From Azolla caroliniana (lineage: Eukaryota; Plantae; Polypodiophyta): 64,000 bases of DNA. The translations under genes were made by a program, and so were the position numbers. The notes under the pieces are model-generated. The model did no database searches and was not told the DNA's origin. It was given only the letters and a program-made list of their open reading frames with translations. Below are positions 58,807 through 64,000 of this stretch, piece after piece (the stretch's first letter is position 1; every line of letters begins with the position of its first letter). Where the stretch lies: NCBI GenBank assembly GCA_043228905.1, contig JBHGNT010000004.1:13392001-13456000 (forward strand). Direction: 5' to 3'.

Positions 58807-61800
58807 CCTCAACATTGGCCGGATCGGCTATGCAAGCCGAGAACCGGATCGGTTGGGACTGATCGGTTAGGCCGGACCAGTGCGTAAACCGGTGCACAAA
58901 CTGGTGCGCAATGAGAAGCTGTAGCGGTGCATAAACCGTGAGGCCGTTGGAAGATATTCTGCGTAGGAATATATTTTTAGGAGTTAGTGTAGAGCTCAAT
59001 TATGAGCATTGAAGTACGTGTCAGTACTTCTGTCCGTTCGTATGGACTTCTATAAAAGTGCTCACTAATCACATTCTATGTACAGACTGAGTATTATTTT
59101 TGAATAGAGGTGTGTGTATTGTCTCTCTCTCTCTCTCTCTCTCTCTCCCTCTCTCTCTCTCTTTGTCTCTCCCGCGTACTCTGTGTGTGTCCAAGCTCTC
59201 CATTAAACCTGTGTTTTCCTACGTTCTGCTTTCTGTTGCTTCTGCACATTATTCCTTTCACATGGTATCAGAGCGCGAGGGTTGAGAACCTCTACAATCG
59301 GCCTTAGCTCGAGAAGAAAACCTAACCTTCAGAAAGAACAGGAAAAATAAAATGGGTAGAGGCATGGCTAGCTCGCTTCCGACTGAGAAGCTCGACAGAA
59401 ACAACTATGCGTCTTGGTTGTACAAGATGCACCAGTACCTGCTCGGGCATGGATATTGGAACTATGTCGACAGAGCAAATGACACAACACCCTATTCGAC
59501 ACACAAAGACTTCCCAACTTGGGAACAGTGGGCAAGCAGAGTTCTCTACTGCTTCGCGTCTTGTGTGGGTGAACAACTTTTGAGCTATATTCGGGATGCG
59601 AAAATGCTGAAGGATGCTTGGGGAAAACTTAAAAAGATTTTCGCCGCAAGCACCATAGCTAGAAAGCTCCAACTCCAACAGGAGTTGAGCAACTTGTGAC
59701 AACGTGATTTGTTGGTGGTTGATTACACCTCGAAGATCAAAGATATATGCGACTCCTTAGCCTCCATCGATGTGAACGTCGAGGAAGGCGAGATGGTGCA
59801 AATCTGTCTCGGGGGACTAGTGTCGAAGTTTGGAGCGTTCCGAACTGTTGTGTGCACACGGGAGAATACGCCATTGTTTTTCAACCTATAGTCAATGCCC
59901 CTTGTAGAGGAGAACCACGCGGGTGCGTCGATGAGTATGCACACCGATAGCAAGATGCTGTACACGGAGGGAGATAGGCCCGTGGTCGTGGTGGACTAGG
60001 CGAGTCGGTGCGCAATGGAGGCTGCCGACGGGATCAAGGAAGAAGGCACCGAAGTGATGCCGATAGCAATTCCAGACCCTCCGGAAACATGGGGAGTCGA
60101 GGCGACGAGAATTGGCAAGGGAAACCAGTCGCGGAATACTGGTACTGTGGCCAAGAAAGGCCACAAGGAGAGCGAGTCCTGGAAGAGGCACACCGACTCG
60201 GAGAAAACCGGATCCAGATCCGGACAAACCGACAAAGGAAATCGCTAGTGATCGCACTACGCCGAAGGATCCGAAAAAGTTGGAAAGGGGGCAGCCTTTG
60301 TGATGAGAAACGAGGTGAATTTGATGAAGAAGACCACCCTGAAATCGGACGAGGTGTGGTACGTTGACTCCGACGCGTCAAACCACATGACGAGCCATAA
60401 GGAGTGGTTCTCATACCTTGAGAAACCGATGCAACCGGGAGTAGTCGCAACAGGAGACGACACTCCGCATCCGATCAAGAATGTCGGTGAAGTTCCCCTG
60501 AGCCATGTCAGGCAAAAAGGGAAAATCATGAACGTGTTACACGTCTCGACAATCACGAAGAATCTGGTGTCGGTTGGGTAGATCATCGTCTAGGGGATGC
60601 AAGTACGGTTCACACATCTCGGGTGCTTCATCAAGGAGGAAGGCCAAGTTATTGCGCAAGGGCACAGAGATGGGAGGATGTTTATCCTCGACACCAATGA
60701 AGTTGGCACCGCAATGTTCGCAAAAGGACAGAAAGTCGTGTCGGATATCGACTTGTGGCACAAGCGGATAGGCCACGTCAACTATCAAAGGCTTTAGGAC
60801 TTGCAATCAAAACAAGTTGTCTTCGGATTGCCCAAATTTAGTGGCCAGAAGGCCCAAATTTGTGAAGCCAGCCAGCTAGGGAAGCAACACCAACTTCCTT
60901 TCCCCAACAAGCGTAACCAGATCCGGACCAAGCTCGACTTGATACATTCGGATGTATGGGGGCCGACACAAAACGTTAGTCTTGGCAGGAGTCGATATTT
61001 TATCTCATTGAAAAGAAGAGTGAAGTCTTCGACTGTTTCTGGGACCTCAAAAGCTTCATAGAAAGGGAAATAGGGAGAAAGATCAAGTGCCTACAGTTGG
61101 ATGGCGGAAAAGAGTACTTTTCCGGCCAATTCAATAGTTATCTGCAACAAATGGGAATTCGGCGCGAATTCAGTTGCAGGTATACACCAGAAGGAAAAAT
61201 CGGTCGGTTGTGGAAGCGACGTGGGCAATGCTGGAAGAAAAGAGCTTGCCCAAGTTCTATTGGGCCGAAGCAGTACGAACCGCGGTCTACATCCAAAATC
61301 GGATCGGAGACAAAGTGTCGGCGCATGAGATGTATTTTGGAAGAAAGCTGAATCTACGACACTTGAGAGTTTTTGGTAGCATTGCGTATGTGCATGTGCC
61401 AAAGAAGAAACGGAGGAAGTTGGACGCGAAAGCCGAGAAGTGGATCTTGGTCGGCTATTCGGACGAACAGAAGGGTTAAAAGTGTTATAACCCCGAAACC
61501 AAACAAGCTCGCGTGAGCCGCGATGTTGTGTTTGACGAATCCGCGTCCTGGTACTTGTCTCCGACTCCAGACCTCAACTCCAACTCGAGATCTCCGGACC
61601 CACGTTCTAACGATGAGGTCATCGAGGTTGAAATGCCTCCGGATGACCATGAATTCAAGACCCTCCATGAGAGTCCAATTTCATTTCGGCTAAGTGCACT
61701 GAATGAGCGAGTTGGTTGGTTTGACCAGTCCAAAGAAGAGCTAGCGAGTAGTGGAGACTCGGCCGTGCATTTCCCCCGCAGGAAACCGAGGAGATGGTTT

Positions 61801-64000
61801 ACACGCAAGGAAAAAGGGAAGAAGAAGATGCCGGAGTACGACACGGATAAGGATGAGTCGGATCGATGCGAATCCGACTCCAAGAAGAACGATGACGGGC
61901 CTTCGAGAGCGAAGTCCGCGTCAGCCAAGAAAGCCTCAACATCGGCTAATGAGTAGTTACGCAGATCTACCCGCCAGAAGAACCCTGTTGTGCGGTTCAG
62001 ATACAATGAGTACATGGCGCATCACTATGCGTACATGATGCGTGTAGCGGAAGTGCGTGAGCCGGAGACCTACACAGAAGCGGTGAAGGACGCAAATTGG
62101 CGTGACGCAATGGAGGAAAAGATGCGTGCATTGGCAGAGAATGAAACCTGGGACCTGGTTGACGCACTGAAGGGTGTGAAGCCGATTGGATGTAGGTGGG
62201 TGTACAAGGTCAAGTACAACACCGACGGCTCGGTCAACTGATACAAGGCCCGGTTAGTAGCGAAAGGCTACGTGCAGAAGCATGATGTGGACTATGATGA
62301 GACCTTCGCGCCTCTCGCGAAGATGACTACCGTGCGTGTTCAGCTAGCCGTAGCAGCGGCGAAGGGGTGACATTTACATCAGATGGATGTCAAGAATACG
62401 TTCCGGCAAGGCGAGCTTGAGGAACAGGTGTACATGGTACAACCCCTCAGATTTCACTTCGGAATGAACACCTCGGTGGTCTGCCGGCTGAAGAAGTCCC
62501 TTTAGGGAACTAAAGCAAGCCCCGCGTGCTTGGAACGCAAAAATCACGCAACGATTGCATCAGATGGGATTTGCGACGTCCAAATCGGACTCTTCATTGT
62601 TCATTCGGCAAGGTCGACTCGGGCCGGTTAGTATTTTACTTTATGTTGATGACTTCGTCATCACCGGCACCGACCTAGGTGAAATTGACCGCGTAAAGCT
62701 CCAGCTCGCGACATCATTTGACATGAAGGATTTGGGGGACCTTCATTTCTTCCTCGAGATCGATGTGATCTGTACCCCCGAAGGCATACTAATCAGCCAA
62801 TGGCATTACTGCTGGGTATGCTCTTCAAGTTCGGGATGGCATATTGTAAATCTGTCTCGACTCCTCTGGATAGAACCGTCAAGCTTAGCGCCGACTCCGG
62901 GAAGGTTTGCGACCCGAAGAGGTTCCGACAAATTGTCGGAATCCTCATCCACTTGACTGTCACTTGACCAGACCTCAGTTACCCGGTCAATGTGATTAGT
63001 CAGTTCATGGCGCAACCAACCGAGGAGCACCTTCAGTGCACACAACGTGTACTCTGGTACGTCAGTGGCACTAAAGACCGAGGGCTACTATATCAGACCG
63101 ATATTGCCGCGCAGTTAGTCAGCTACACCGATGCTGATTGGGCTAGAAACGTTGGCGATCGCCGATCCACATCCGGATTCGCGTTCTTTCTTGGGAGCGC
63201 TGCGATCGCGTGGAGAGTAGCAAGAAGCAGCTGACAGTTGCACTGTCGAGCACCGAAGCCGAGTATAGAGGAGCGGTTGTCGCAACATGCGAAGCCATCT
63301 GGCTGAAACGGCTACTTAAGGATTTGCGGGTGGAGGTGTCCGATCCGACGACGATCTACTGCGACAACCTCAGCAACATCCAGTTAGTGAAGAACCCTGT
63401 CTTCCACACCCGGACTAAGCACATTGAGGTGCACTACCACTTTGTCTGCGAGCGTGTCCTCTCCGGTCAAGTCGAACTTGGGTATGGTCCGACGGATCGG
63501 CAAACCGCCGACATTTTCACCAAGCCCCTTGGTCTCGACAAGTTGTGGCAATTCTTGGGTGCGCTTGGGTTGCGACACCTCGATGTGCCAAACTTGAGGG
63601 AGAGAGAAGTCCCGGAAGACCACGGAAGGGAGCAGGAAAGGAACGGAAGACACCGTGACGCCGATTCGGATGACGAATTTGATTTCGGGTCGGATGAAGA
63701 AGCCGAGCGCGGATCCGTGAAAGAGTCTGAAAGTGGACGTGAGGGCAGCAACTGAAAGAGAGAGCCGAAGCCAGCCAAGCATGGGGTAGATGAAGCCAAC
63801 AAGGGCGAGAAGATTAAACACGAGTGGGACACAACCAACTCGAACGTGAGCGAAAAACGATCGGAGGAAGTTGATTTTGTTCGGATGTTTGATTCGGAGA
63901 TGCCGAATCAACCGAGGGCCAAGCGGAAGAAAGGGTAGCCGAAGAGGCGCCAACACCGCGACAACAAGTGAGCTGAGAAGGGCCGCACGAACACACACAC
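58807..64000 (+). mobile_element. Ty1/copia element (Copia-5, Copia-1 family), runs off the window end
   Basis: 5' LTR ~58807-59262 lacks its TG start. PBS TGGTATCAGAGC at 59263-59274. Gag LPTEKLDRNNYASW, PR WYVDSDASNHMT, IN, RT, RH and a charged C-terminal tail; many stops. Confidence 0.93.

Overview
Eukaryotic nuclear DNA from a seed-free land plant, most likely a fern (inferred from the retrotransposon lineages and a plastid rpoA-like fragment with a possible unedited codon). Most of the window is a stack of nested retrotransposons that can be resolved from LTR termini, PBS/PPT motifs and target-site duplications (TSDs). It holds six Ty1/copia copies plus a copia solo LTR, three Tcn1/Tf1-like chromovirus-type elements, two near-complete copies of an unusual tRNA-Trp-primed Ty3/gypsy family, a non-autonomous Tat-like element carrying only an antisense coiled-coil ORF, and a 5'-truncated LINE. 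Nesting reaches five levels. All coding regions carry stops, frameshifts or deletions. The clearest non-TE island (4.7-6.4 kb) holds a putative spliced minus-strand transcript ending in a plastid rpoA C-terminal fragment. The most notable signals are cis-acting RNA elements. (i) A GGAUUUU slippery site plus H-type pseudoknot lies between Gag-PR and RT-RH-IN in the Trp-primed family. (ii) The same family's U5 contains a condensed antisense mimic of tRNA-Trp. (iii) One copy ends in LTR-PBS-foreign U5, which looks like an integrated plus-strand strong-stop intermediate. (iv) Three chromovirus-type elements show co-varying self-priming duplexes. All coordinates were read by eye and may be off by a few nt. 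No database searches or folding programs were run.
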